A program made the translations under genes and the position numbers. A DNA stretch of 63,666 bases, filler included, from Choristocarpus tenellus KU-1152 (lineage: Eukaryota; Protista; Phaeophyceae), in NCBI GenBank assembly GCA_964200185.2. It is 11 parts of 11 records of this genome, joined end to end, with 100 filler letters (N's around TTAATTAATTAA, not from the genome) between each part and the next. Parts side by side here need not be neighbours in the genome. Positions count along the whole stretch, not along the records: positions 1 to 3,215 come from CAXNAD020021475.1; positions 3,316 to 11,324 come from CAXNAD020005274.1; positions 11,425 to 16,901 come from CAXNAD020010657.1; 8 more parts are not named here. One strand, given 5' to 3'. Positions 1 through 11,589 of this stretch are shown one piece after another. How positions within the stretch are numbered: the first letter of the stretch is position 1; the number at the start of each line of letters is the position of its first letter. The notes under the pieces were generated by a model, which did no database searches, was not told where the DNA came from, and saw only the letters and a list, made by a program, of their open reading frames with translations.

Positions 1-56
1 CATGAAAAAATTGGCCCCAAATGGACAGCCGCCACCCCTCCTAGATACTTTGAGCC
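1..56. mobile_element. Terminus of poly-G/C variant (family B) of the GAGTCAAAGTATCT MITE group
   Basis: Contains CCCCAAATGGAC and ends ...CCTAGATACTTTGAGCC; near-identical to the reverse complement of 54397-54450. Confidence 0.75.
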
Positions 57-2100
57 TCTGTATGCTAACTATCTACTCCCGTAGGTGTTAAGCTTCCCAG
101 GTTTTACTCTGAAGTTTTTTGTTCACGTGGACGCTAGTGATGTTGGCATGGGAGCCTTTTGGGCTCATAAATATGAGGACGATGGTTTCCAAATCTTAGC
201 CTACCATAGTGCCCTTTTAAGCCAACCCAAACACGAAAGAATGTCTGGCCGTCATCCTTCCCATAACGTATTGATTGGTGCCCATACGTTTGGGATAAGT
301 ACTTTTACAGTTGTATGTGATCATTCGGCATTTCGTTGGTTACATACAATGCAAGATACTTCCAATATCTTGACCCGATGGGCCTTAGCCTTACAAGCGT
401 TTGACTTCACAGTTTTACATAAACCGGGACGTTTGCATTACATTCCAGATATGTTATCTCGGACACGGTTGGAGGAATTTATGTTGGATGAAACACCACT
501 TCCACTGGCCCCACTGTCTCGCAATATAGCCCGAAGAGAATCGGATGTCTCCATACCTAAGGTTTACCGTGCATGTATCTATCTGTGGAATATACCAGGT
601 GGAATTACCAGAGTACGACACGATACGGAATTATTCACTTGTGCTGCTAATGCTTTCCCTACAGTGGATCCTGAAGTACTATTCAAAGCTCAACAAGCTC
701 AATATGGGGACTATTTTTAATATTTGGCTAATCCAGGAAAGGCTCTTTTACCAAAGAACAAAACAATGTGTACCATGTCTTACTTTTTCTCACAAGAAAT
801 GGAAGGCAAACAGATGTTATACAAATCGTATCAACCCGGTCACCTTCGAAAGGACGATAAATTCCGAGATCAATTTGTGGTACCCACTGAGGTAAAAGGT
901 TTAATACTCCATGCCCCTTCGTGGTCATAATAAGGTCTCAGGACACCTTGCATTCACGCACAATTTTGACCGGATTTGTGACCGCCTTTGGTGGTCCACT
1001 TTACATAAAGATGTCCGAACTTGGTACGAAACATGTCAATCGCGCCAAAGTTGTAATACACCCCCTTCTAACCTATCAAACCCTCCAGGGCATATGCCAG
1101 TAACACGCCCATTTCAGAGAGTGGCAATTGATTTGGGAAGTACAAAACAGAATCGGAGAGAAATAATTATGTCTTGTCTGCTGTCGACGATTTAATGATA
1201 GCACTGAGCAATTAAATGCTCAGTGCTGTGCTATCCCTGACAAGCGAGAGGCAACTGTAGCAAAAGCGTTATCAGAACGAGTGTTTTCTACTTTTGGCGC
1301 CCCAGAAACCTTACACTCAGACTAGGGTGAGGAATTTGAAAATAAACTAATCCTGGAACTACAAAAAATCTATGTATACAAGAAAATAAAAACAACACCA
1401 TATAGACCTCAATGCAACAGCATTCTTGAAAGGATAAATAAAATAATGCATGGCATGCTAGCTATGTATTCCAATATGAAGCTATCGGATTGGGGCGTCA
1501 TCATTTCCTTTCGTGCAACTGGCTTACAATACGGCTTATAATACCACTGTAGCACAAGAAACACCCTTTCATTTATTTTTGCGAGACGTCCCACATTACC
1601 AATCGACATCATTTTGAGAGAACCAGAGGCAATGCCTATTTCTACCCAAAATTCAGTAATCAAATAGTGGATAATTTACAACTGGCATATGATTGGCTAG
1701 ACAGAATATTGGTGAGATGGCTTTGCGCAACGAGTCCAAGGCCACTGAACACACCATTCCTGTTTCTGAAGTTGGTGCAAAGGTGTGGCTACAAAAACCC
1801 CACACTTCCGTAGACGCTCCTAACCCCAAGTTTCTGTCCCCATCATGGAGAGGAAGGACCGTACGAAGTTAAAAAGAGGATACTCTGGTAATGTACAGCG
1901 TGAAGGTGCAGGCCAACCTTCGAGAAATCACTGTGAATATAGGACGACTTAAACCACACAAAGAGAGCCACCCTCCTGAACCAGACATTGACTCTCTCAA
2001 TTCTTTATTTTTGGACAGAATAATACCTGAACCAGATACAGAACAGGGTTCCATATTTTATCCTGCAGTTGTCGTGTACATCCAACACGTTACTTTGCTC
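57..2100 (+). mobile_element. Degenerate Ty3/Gypsy LTR retrotransposon pol (RNase H + integrase), frameshifted
   Basis: RNase H motifs VHVDASDVGMGA, VVCDHSAFRWL, LTRWALALQAFDFTVLHKPG..PDMLSR; integrase Zn finger GHLAFTHNFDRICDRLWW..DVRTWYETC; core RPFQRVAIDL and PETLHSDLGEEFEN. RNase H precedes integrase (Gypsy order). Several stops and frameshifts. Confidence 0.92.
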
Positions 2101-3185
2101 GAATTATCAAATGTCTCTCATCCTCTTTCCTACATCAGTTGTTGAGACAACGCGTACTGCCAAACGCTCTGATAGCCCTTACAGCCATCTTGGTTCCTTT
2201 TGACGTTTCTGCGTACCCTGTGCTTCCTTGGGAATATATTACTACCCACTTACTTAGCAGGACATAGATTGGATGCAGATATGGTACATAAGGAAAATTC
2301 TCAGCAGAAAACAGAGGAAACACAGGCTACTGAAGGTGGAGCCCGTGCAAGAGAGAGGATTGAAAGCGAGTAGAGTACTATACAGCTAAATCTTTCTAAC
2401 TGCATGACCTCGAAGATATACTGAGTAAGGTCTACCTCGGCGAGATCTATAAGAATACATGAATTGCAACAGCATCCTCGAAAATTCAGTGAGGTGCACA
2501 AATCAATGACAATGACGTCAAGACCATCCTCAAGAGTTGTCAGAAAGAAGGGCTTCCTGAAGTTCACTGCTCTGTTTCAGTCATACCCGCTGAGCTACCT
2601 CTCCCAGACCGGACTTCAACTTGGAGTGACTCAACAAGACTACAGTTCCTTTCTGGTACGGATCACATTGAGTCTCAGCTGTTAATCTTATCAACGGAGA
2701 AGATGATGCAAAAACGTCTCTGCCTGTACCTATATGAAGTTGTATCGGGAACTGTTCAACAAATCAACAGAAAGGGCAAATCACACAAAGTACTTTAAAG
2801 TATAATTTATCCTGTGTAGCCCGATCCCAATATGTTATCTCTCCAGCACCATGTTCCTGTGCTTATTAATACATGGAAACGCTATTGGCGGAGACTGGCA
2901 CATCCATTGCGGGTTGATGGTCATTTTATATTCAATGATGACCCCCTTGGTAGCTGCCTTCACCGATGTCACAGGCTTGGACAAGGATACCAATACTGTC
3001 CCAGCAAAGCACCTTCGACAAGATACGATTGTTAGACAAGGGTCACGTTACCGAGGGTGTAAGATAAGACCAGATACGACCAGATTTTTCAGGAGGTTTG
3101 ATTTGTATTTTTTTGTGGACGGTAGGTGACACATGGATTGGATGCGGTTCTTCTGCAAGCACCTAATTGTCAATGACACATATAT

Positions 3186-3215
3186 GACCCAAAGTATCTG
3201 GGGGGGTGGGGTGGG
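3186..3215. mobile_element. MITE family B terminus at contig end
   Basis: GACCCAAAGTATCTGGGGGGG runs into the gap. Confidence 0.7.
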
Positions 3216-3315
3216 NNNNNNNNNNNNNNNNNNNNNNNNNNNNNNNNNNNNNNNNNNNNTTAATTAATTAANNNNNNNNNNNNNNNNNNNNNNNNNNNNN
3301 NNNNNNNNNNNNNNN
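3216..3315. other. Artificial contig linker N44-TTAATTAATTAA-N44; also at 11325-11424, 16902-17001, 21059-21158, 26987-27086, 38175-38274, 42489-42588, 51577-51676, 54546-54645, 57938-58037
   Basis: Ten identical 100-bp spacers; the 12-mer gives stop codons in all six frames. Confidence 0.98.
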
Positions 3316-3547
3316 TCCTTTATTGCCAGCAGCAACCATAGGTCCACTGCGGGCAGTCCTTGCACGTGACCTGACCCCCCCGCTGTTGCTCGAACCCCCA
3401 CCGTTCCCAATCTCCAACGACTCTACCCCATATAAGCCTGGATCATTGCCCTGACGACCTCCATACCAGTGAGGCCGCCCACGCTCCCGCATCCGTCCTC
3501 TACCCCTTGGACGCTGCCGTACAACCCTCACTGGACTATTACTCCCA

Positions 3548-3586
<39 letters not shown>

Positions 3587-6500
3587 GTGCCACTGGTGTC
3601 AATGGAACTGGTGCCACAGCCCCTGCCTGAGCTCTCTGATAACTGCTTGAAGAAGCTCCGTGCAATGAGCAAGGCTGTTGCAGCAGCAATGTAACCATAA
3701 ATCGCAACAAGAGGGCTCCTGTCAGAGGCATAGTGTGGGCGCATGAGCGCTGCCACTGCCGAACCCATGACTGTGGGTTGACGCACTGTGCTTCCAGGGC
3801 TGAAGATGATGCCATCCCTTTCTGTGTTGGAGGGTGCCAGCTCTAGGTGCCAGTGCTCTGTTTTGCTGCACTGTACTTGGGGTCGACTCTTGGAGCTGAG
3901 GTAGAACCCGGAAGTTGGGTTGTACATGCAGTACAATCCTGGGGATTCCTTACCTGTGGGGGAATGGGGTGCAAGTGGTTGTGTGATATTGTACTTCCAA
4001 GACCGTTTGCAATCAAGACTACATAATCTCAAGAGTCCAAGGCAATGGAGTCACGTAAGCAGCGGATTGGCCAACGAAGGGAGCACAATTTCGATCACCA
4101 CAGTGGTCAAATAAGGCAAGAAACTCTTCCAAACTAGCAACACTGATACACCTGTGCAGAAAACCTTAGAGAAGTAGAAAAAAGCTAAAGAGCAATATTA
4201 TTTTTCGCAGCGCTGCCGTACATACGGGGGATGTAACACATGAGGGGAGATGAGACAGGTGCAACAAACCACCATTAAGCAAAATACCACACCTGGCGCT
4301 GGACCAAATGACAATGCATCAAACACACCAGCAGCTGCTAGTGGTTGAAGCACAAACTGGTTCTCAGGCATACAAGAGTGGGCAACACGACCCCGAGACA
4401 AAGTCAGAAAGTTTCCCCCCGCCGTCTCAAGGCAGATCTTGTTCTGACGAAAGGCTTCAAAATACGTGCTTGTTGCAACAGGCCTTACAGCCTGATCTAC
4501 CCCACACAAGGGCGAAAGCTTTTGACTCCCCACAGTGAGGTAGCCCTCCTCACGACCCAGGCACGACCTCCCCCGACGCGATATTTGGGGTCCCCCTCCC
4601 CTAGTGGATTGCGATACTAGCCGCGACATCATCGAACAAACAAACAGCGTTACCACAAGGAAGCTGACTTTTCTGCTTCTCAACACCATCCCTGCCCCCA
4701 TCATCCCCAGCCTCAACAGGTTCCACCTCTTAGACAAGTCAAGACGACCTGCCCCTGCCCCTGCCCCTCCACCAGCACCAGTGTTAACAATCATCACCGG
4801 AACCCTAGGAGGCCAAGAACCCCTGCGTGTCGGGGCACTCTTCTTGCGAGGTGCGAAGGACCTGTAACTATTGCCTCTAACTGCAGCAGGGGGAGGTGAG
4901 CAGGACTGATCCTCCAGACAATTGCAGGCGACCTTGAGGTCCCTCTGTACCTGGGGTCCTCCTATGGTAGACACATAGAGGAGAGTTATGCAAGCCAAGT
5001 GAGTCGCGGCTACCAGGTTTTTCAGACGACGCCGAGAAGCCTCACGGCGAGGGGCGAGGCCGCCATAGCAAAGGAGGAGAGCCAAAATCGCATAGCAAAC
5101 ACAGCTTGCTGTAATCACACGGAAGTGTGTCCGGCCTGAGATGCGCAGAGTCGCAGCACCTGGTCGTCCCCTGTGCACACAGCCAAGCAGGATTAAGGAA
5201 AACCCTGCCGCCGTTGCTGACAACCACGTTTCACTGTTCTGCAGCAACCCAACACCCAGCCCAAGCACAACCACCACCAGAGAGTCTCTGAGAAGAGTCT
5301 GACCCCTTGTGGCCAGCTGGTAATAGGCATAATCAAGAGCATAAAGGCCGAGGACAAGGAAGCAGCAGAGCCAAGCATAGTACACCACAAGGGAAACAAT
5401 TGGATGCCACATGGCCTCCAGCATCCCCTGGCTCAGAGCAGACACAGCACAGAACCACAGAGCCCCAAAGATCGCCACCAGGGCAGATGCCGCATAGTAC
5501 TTCCATGGCGAGCTACCAGAGGCCAGTGTATGCCCTGCCCCAGCACCGGCGGTGGCGTTTTCAAGCAGTGCTAACCCAGTAGTGGAAGCACCGCCCCCTC
5601 CAGCAGCAGGGCACACCTCACCTTGGCCCAGGGAACTCCTCCAGCAAGAGATGCCCATGGGCAGCAGGCAAGAGAAAAGGCGTTTATGTCGGCGACAGGG
5701 GCTGCTGTCCTTGTCTCTGAGCCTGTTCCTGGCTGTGCATATGTCGTCTGCTACTGTAGACACGGTTGATGACGAAGCTCCATAGAAGAAACGGGCAATC
5801 CCTAGCAGGGCACAGGGAATGATGAAGAGGAGCCAGGGCACAAGGAGTGTGTTGTAGGGATGATCGAGTTGCTCTCGGATGGTGTTCCACTTCCAGAAGA
5901 GCGGTTGATAGAGGAACGACAGCTCCCTCCACGGAACATCCTCTTCGTCAAAGTGAATGATGTGCGGCTCAGTTTCCTGGTGGGGTTTCCAATTGAAGTA
6001 GAGCGATAAAAAAAAAGCAGTGGAACAGCCATGATTAGGGGGTTCGGAGTCTCACGTAATGGTTCCACACACATGGTAACATCATGTCACAGGGCGTTCG
6101 CGTTTTGTGATTCAAAATCAAGGGCTTGCCTACTTCTGAGTGAAAGTATCTTAGAGGGCACGAGTTTTGCTCTGCTTGTCCATTTGGGACTTGGCTTCCC
6201 ACGGTTTTTCTTTTTGTGATATTTTCCTATTCCAAAATATTTCAGAGTAGGTAAAATGTATGCATTTTTGGAGTAGGTTATCATCCCTATGTCTGGAACA
6301 AGGATATTGACACTTCCTAACAAACACATACACACGATAGCCAAAACTACATCAAGATCGCAACATTGGATTTTGGACCCCAAACGGACACGGCTCTACC
6401 CTCTAAGATACTTTGACTCTCTAGTTGAAGTAAGAAAACGCACGAGGCATCTGTTACTCAGTTGTTACGGCGCTGGAACGATAACAATGACAACAACAAC

Positions 6501-9500
6501 AACAATAATAATAACAATAATAATAATAACAACAACAACAATAATAATAACAATGACAACAACAACAATAATAATAATAACAATAATAACAACAACAACA
6601 ACAACGACAACAATGGCGTACTTTTTCACACCAAGTGTTTACTTTGTGACCACCTAAGTACTTTTTTTCATGACAAGAACAAAAACGTGTACCTCCGCGA
6701 ACAAAAGCCATGCTCAAAAGACTTGAAAAATCTTGACATAATATTTCTTTGTACACAGAATATATATATATATATATATATAAAAAGATTGCATGGAACA
6801 CAAAATAACAGCACTACATCTCTAGAACAGAAAAAAAAATCAAAAACATGGAGAGAACGATGACTACAATGACATAGATTACACAGATTAGGTTATCAGT
6901 GTATGGGGTAAAGATTAGCTTCAGAGAACAGAACGATCACATGCTTCGTTTGTACACTTTTGTCCCTCTCAAAGACAACAAGGGTTGATGTCAATTGATT
7001 GAAATTGATCCAGATTTCTTCTACCCGATAAGATGTATGCGTAGGCTGCAGGGCAAAGCGCATCAGCGTACACACAAAGGTCCGGTAGCATTAGAAGTAA
7101 CTCACAACACAACACTTTTATTTGCCACGATATTTTCGGTAAAACTTACGCATCATTCATAAAATCTAGGATCACCAAGGGGTGAGACACCGCGGCCTGT
7201 TCTTTTTCTTTTTTTTATGAGCGCACAAAGAAGAAAAAATAAAATATTTTCCACTGTAGAAAAGTGAGTGCGACACATCATGGTTTGATTATTATTAACA
7301 TTGCCTCGTGTAAACGGGATGAATCCGCCTGATTGTGGCCAATTTTGAGGGGAGAGATGGGCTAGAGATGTGAGGTGAGATCGTTAGAGTCACCGCTTGA
7401 ACAAAATATTCAACAATCTGCAATGATCTGATCGATTTATATGCCAAAAAGGCTGCAAAGGTTGATTTTGATGGCATGCACCAGCTCTATGTTTAATAAC
7501 AAAAAAAATGAAGCACATTGTTAAAGGTTACGAGCGTACTCCACAAAATAATAAAAAGGTAACATTTTTCTTACTGATAAGAGCAAGGGAATCTTACTAA
7601 TCAATTTCTATCTTCCGTTATCGATCATAGGCAGAAAATATATATATATATGTTCATTGCAAAGGAAACGATCAAAAACGGATGATTCAACCTCCCTCCC
7701 CGTTCTCCGAGTGGTCCTCTCCGATCTACATCAACAAATGGCTATTTTGGGAGAAAAATGACAAGACTCCCATCCATAACTTTTTTCTCAATTCCAAAAA
7801 AAAAATTTCAACCTATTTTCATGCTTCTAAAATAAAGCGGTCTACCTTAGGGACGAGACTGAAATGTTCACTGCAGAGTACAGAGATGGTCGCATGCTAC
7901 GCAGCATGGATTGGGGGGGGGTCATGTGAAAGCTTCAGTTTTACACGAACAGGGAAATCGATAACGGAATCTTGGTACATTGCAAAGGACTCCGACCAAA
8001 GGAGTACACCGGAACGAAAGCAACTCCAAGGTACTTCTACTCTCGGAATCATTTCTCCAGAAAATCAACTCGACAACAAAAAGTATCAGGTTCTATTGGA
8101 TGGACTGGACGATTAAGGGCCGCAAAGATTGAGAGGATTTCACAGTACAACATCTCAGCTCAAAAACGTACAAGTCTCTTTCGATCAGGATCGAAGTGTG
8201 AACACACAACTGCATCCGCAACAGCAACATCCGCAACAGCAACATCCGCAACAGCAAGGAGGGTGAAGAGCGATGGGTAGACTTCTGGAAGAGTGCTCAA
8301 CAGGCAAAGATAAAAAGCAAGTTCTATAGATCCCTGGGATCAATGCATGTATGTATGTATGTATGTCAAGCATTCGAATTAGGTCCCCAACCTCTTTTTG
8401 AAAATTCTTCCTACCTGGTCACACAGCACGCAATGCTTCCGGGCACCCCAGCTCCCAAGCTCGTAAAAATCTTCTGAAGGGGCTGCATACGTGTAAGGCA
8501 GGCGGTGGCACATTCCAGGTGCCGAGCGCTCCATGCCCTGTGAACATGGCCTCATATACTCTGCATTCAGGAGCAACACCGGTTGCAGTCCGTCATTGAA
8601 GCCACCCCTATCACCAAAGCCCCCTCCACCACCACTGCTTGTGTCCTTCCCTCTTCCTGACATCCATTGAGCTGCCGTTGGGGCTTGCATCTCCAGTGGT
8701 GATCGCACCAAGGGATCAATATCATCCAGGTCTTCAAATGCCGGGCAAGACTTTGATAGATTGTTCAGCCTGTGAAAGGACAATAAAAACTCCTCTGGGT
8801 TCAAAGTTGCAGCTGAGGGCGAGGCCGCAAGCTTATCCAACATTGCCTGGTGCACAAGCAAAGATGGCTCAAGCACCATAACAGATGTAGACATATTTTC
8901 ACCCTCTTCACCCCCTCCTGGTAGAACGCCTGCTCCTGGTCCCCTGGGTCCGGCCCTGTTCTCTGCCCCTCCATAATCCCCTCCCCTTCTACTTCCACGC
9001 AGCTTCCTCTGCACACTGTGTTCCTTATCAGTGTCCCAGAGTGCCCTTGATCCTGCACGAACAGCCGTTAGATTTTCATTGCTATCACTTTCACTATCAC
9101 CACTAAGACTGTTGCCCCTGCCCCTACCCTTGGGGGATGTAACGGCCGTGCAAAGTCCTTCGCACGCGAAAAGACTGTCCGGATTCTTTAGGACGAGGGA
9201 CTGCGGGTCAAGGAAGACCAGTCGGTCATACTCAATCAGACTCCAAAGGAACACCTTCATCATGAGCTCAGGTGAGACTGTCAATCCATCAGCTGGGTTT
9301 GAGGATAGGAGGGACAGAGGAAGGGCATGCAGGGGGATATTTAGCAACATGTTGAAATAGCGATGCACGAGGTACATGACGGAGACATAATTCTCCCTCT
9401 TCCCCCAATACCTTCAAGATTTCAGAGAGTATTTCCATGTACCTGCTTGTACGCCCCTCTGTACAACATGCGCACGAAGGCCGTCCTTCTTCAGAGTAGA

Positions 9501-9917
9501 AAGTGTCTTGGCGGTTGCCACGTCGTACGGAACCAGAACCACAATTTCCCCTCCTGCATCGGTTGCACGCAGGGATTGTGCCAGCACCCTCGCACCCAGG
9601 ACCCCCCCCCCATCCTTCGCCAATGTTGTCACGTACGCTCTGTTAGTGTCTGCGGGCACGCATAACCTTGGCGAGTCTGTTGCCACTGCAAAAGCAGGAC
9701 CAGAGATCCACGTCAGAATAAAGACAGTCCATATCAACAACCAATTCTTAAGTCCACTGCCAAATCTAGTGCAAACCCTCCTAGTGCCAGGGGAAATCGC
9801 TTCCCAACCCCCACCCAGTAGTCCTGCGCATATATTCAAGCACGTCAAGCAAGTGGTCGGGCCAACACGCGGGGGCCCGCATGCTGTGATCTCCCACTCA
9901 AAGCTCTTTGCACCCAT
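3316..9917 (-). CDS. IPUT1/PGSIP6-like GT8 glycosyltransferase-fold membrane protein with degenerate active-site motifs, about 8-9 TM helices and a putative C-terminal beta-trefoil; 3' end lost at gap
   Basis: Phase-consistent GT-AG exons 9917-9443, 9292-8415, 5976-4293, 3953-<3316 (the last junction is least certain). GT8 motifs in order: RAYVTTL..LGARVLAQSLRAT..IVVLV; KVFLWSLIEYDRLVFLDPQSLVLKNPDSLFAC; STSVMVLEPS; RLPYTYAA; PHIIHFDEEDVPW..WNTIREQL; then hydrophobic helices colinear with the IPUT1 C-terminus (WLLFIIPCALL; MWHPIVSLVVYYAW). Confidence 0.85.
6138..6419 (+). mobile_element. Complete 282-bp MITE (family A) in intron 2 of the GT8 gene
   Basis: TIRs GAGTGAAAGTATCTTAGAGGG / CCCTCTAAGATACTTTGACTC; 3-bp TSD TCT (6135-6137, 6420-6422); four more copies in the window. 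Confidence 0.92.
6480..6615. repeat. Compound (AAC/AAT)n microsatellite, intronic
   Basis: About 45 trinucleotide units with a higher-order repeat restarting at ACAATGACA. Confidence 0.95.
8207..8257. repeat. 15-bp tandem repeat (CATCCGCAACAGCAA) x3, intronic
   Basis: Directly visible. Confidence 0.9.
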
Positions 9918-11044
9918 TGCCCGTGTGTAACCATCAGCTTCGGAAATGGTTGTCCCTCCTGCATTCAGAAGAAATCGTTCTGTCAGATTGGGTGCTTAGA
10001 TAAACGCTTTATCAGAGGACAGAAGAGTGGATGCTCAGAACGAATTCCACAACAAAGACACACCACATTCGAGGCTGGGGTGAGGATAGAGGTGAGAGAC
10101 CAGACCTTGCCCAAATCTCCGCATCATTTCCTGGCATTCTCCCTGAGTAACGATCCAACAGAATTGTAAAGGGCGCCAATTTCCAAGCACAAAAATTGGA
10201 CACTTCGATAAGCAAACTAAAATCTAGAGAGCAAGATTCCACACGTCGATCTTTCTAGTCGATTAGTCTACACGAATAAATGGGTTATTGCAGAGTCTCT
10301 CGACGGAACCACAGTAGTGGAGGAGCAACAGTTAGAGAAAAGCATAAAAATAGAGCATGGTCACCATTATTACATGTTAAGCCAACCAGGGCCTGACCTA
10401 TAAGGAAGCGAAAAGTAGATATCTTCTGGTGACTGTGAGCAGAGGCCACCGTGTCTCCGCGCAGGGGTGTCACCCCTCGCTCTTCTTTCCAGTTGCCCAA
10501 GTGCCACCTCACCCTACACAACAAATAGGTATCGTTCCTGAAACAATAAACGACAAAAAAATCTAGTAGTGAAAGACATAAATTAGTTAGAAATCTGACC
10601 AACTTGGTGGTACGTGAAAACTTGTAAATATGGATTTGGAGTTCAAAATATATCTAGTATGCTGAATACATCACAAAATATCAATACGATTCTTCTATTC
10701 AAAATCCTATGATGACTTTTAGACAAAAATGACAGTTACAAAGACCCGTTGAAATGAATCAGTCAAAACCTAACAACATCGTTTGGCTTAAGGGGTTTTC
10801 TGTTTGTTGGTTGTTTCCCATTTTAATCTTGTTGTTCCTTGTGGTCCTTCCACAACAAATACGTACGAGTTATTCGAGAATGTACAGGAATAATTTGTCG
10901 GAAACAGTTCAAGAATGCATTGGTTATCATCATTAAAAAAACGAAAGACAACATGTGATCAGATATAATTATATTATTTTCTTATAGTAGTAAAGGTATG
11001 AAATTGGTGCGGGAAGTTAGACACTATCACTCGATATATGAAAG

Positions 11045-11324
11045 ATCTGCAAAATGTCAGAGGGCATAATAATAAAATATATGTAAGATATTATGGGGGA
11101 GTAGCACATATTTAGACAATCACTGCACGTAAAATGAAGGATACATACATCTGCAAAATGTCAGAGGGCATAATAATAAAAATACTACTACTACTACGCC
11201 CTCTGACATTTTGTAGATGTGTCATAAGGAAACCAATGAAAACTATACATATGTCGTTATTAGCCCTAAAGAAATAAAATATCCTAAACGTAAGAACACT
11301 ATAAAACATTGTAAGTGTGGAAAC
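11045..11324. mobile_element. Cluster of three copies of a dispersed stem-loop + (AAT)n element, probably a LINE/SINE 3' end
   Basis: TCTGCAAAATGTCAGAGGGCATAATAATAAAA at about 11046 and 11150 (+) and inverted at 11198-11324 (-); same sequence at 23250-23385, 40880-40985, 51920-51975. Confidence 0.75.
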
Positions 11325-11424
11325 NNNNNNNNNNNNNNNNNNNNNNNNNNNNNNNNNNNNNNNNNNNNTTAATTAATTAANNNNNNNNNNNNNNNNNNNN
11401 NNNNNNNNNNNNNNNNNNNNNNNN

Positions 11425-11585
11425 CCCCCCCCCAGATACTTTGACACACGATTATGAAAGTTGTGTCCGTAGCAAGGATATTGACATTAATTAACAAACA
11501 CGATAGCCGAAAATACATCAAAATCGCAAAATTGGATCTTGGACCCCAAACGGACGCGGCCCTACCCTCTTAATTTCTTTGACCC
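11425..11585 (+). mobile_element. MITE family B terminus (11425-11447) abutting the interior and right end of a family A copy (11448-11585)
   Basis: CCCCAGATACTTTGACAC is followed directly by ACGATTATGAAAGTTGTGTCCG..CAAGGATATTGAC..CCCCAAACGGACGC..CTTTGACCC. Confidence 0.85.
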
Positions 11586-11589
11586 TGAA

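Noticed and set aside
3260-3271. Recurring palindrome TTAATTAATTAA as a biological repeat or recombination site
   Set aside because: Always centred in exactly 44+44 Ns; an assembly linker with six-frame stops.
4198-5841. Stand-alone 547-aa membrane protein
   Set aside because: The start is GTG, the frame stays open upstream to a splice acceptor at 5976, and that extension encodes the last GT8 motif; it is an internal exon.
6087-6383. Small protein family (LGSVNILVP..GKPSPKW..AKLVPSKI) also at 26802 and 42631
   Set aside because: The similarity comes from non-coding MITE copies; frames are not conserved between copies.
6289-6863. Poly-Asn, poly-Thr/Ile and poly-Cys/Tyr ORFs
   Set aside because: Translations of an intronic AAC/AAT microsatellite.
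11147-11220. Hammerhead ribozyme / Penelope pseudo-LTR or rho-independent terminator
   Set aside because: No CUGANGA..GAAA core on either strand; the hairpin is two repeat copies tail-to-tail in eukaryotic DNA.
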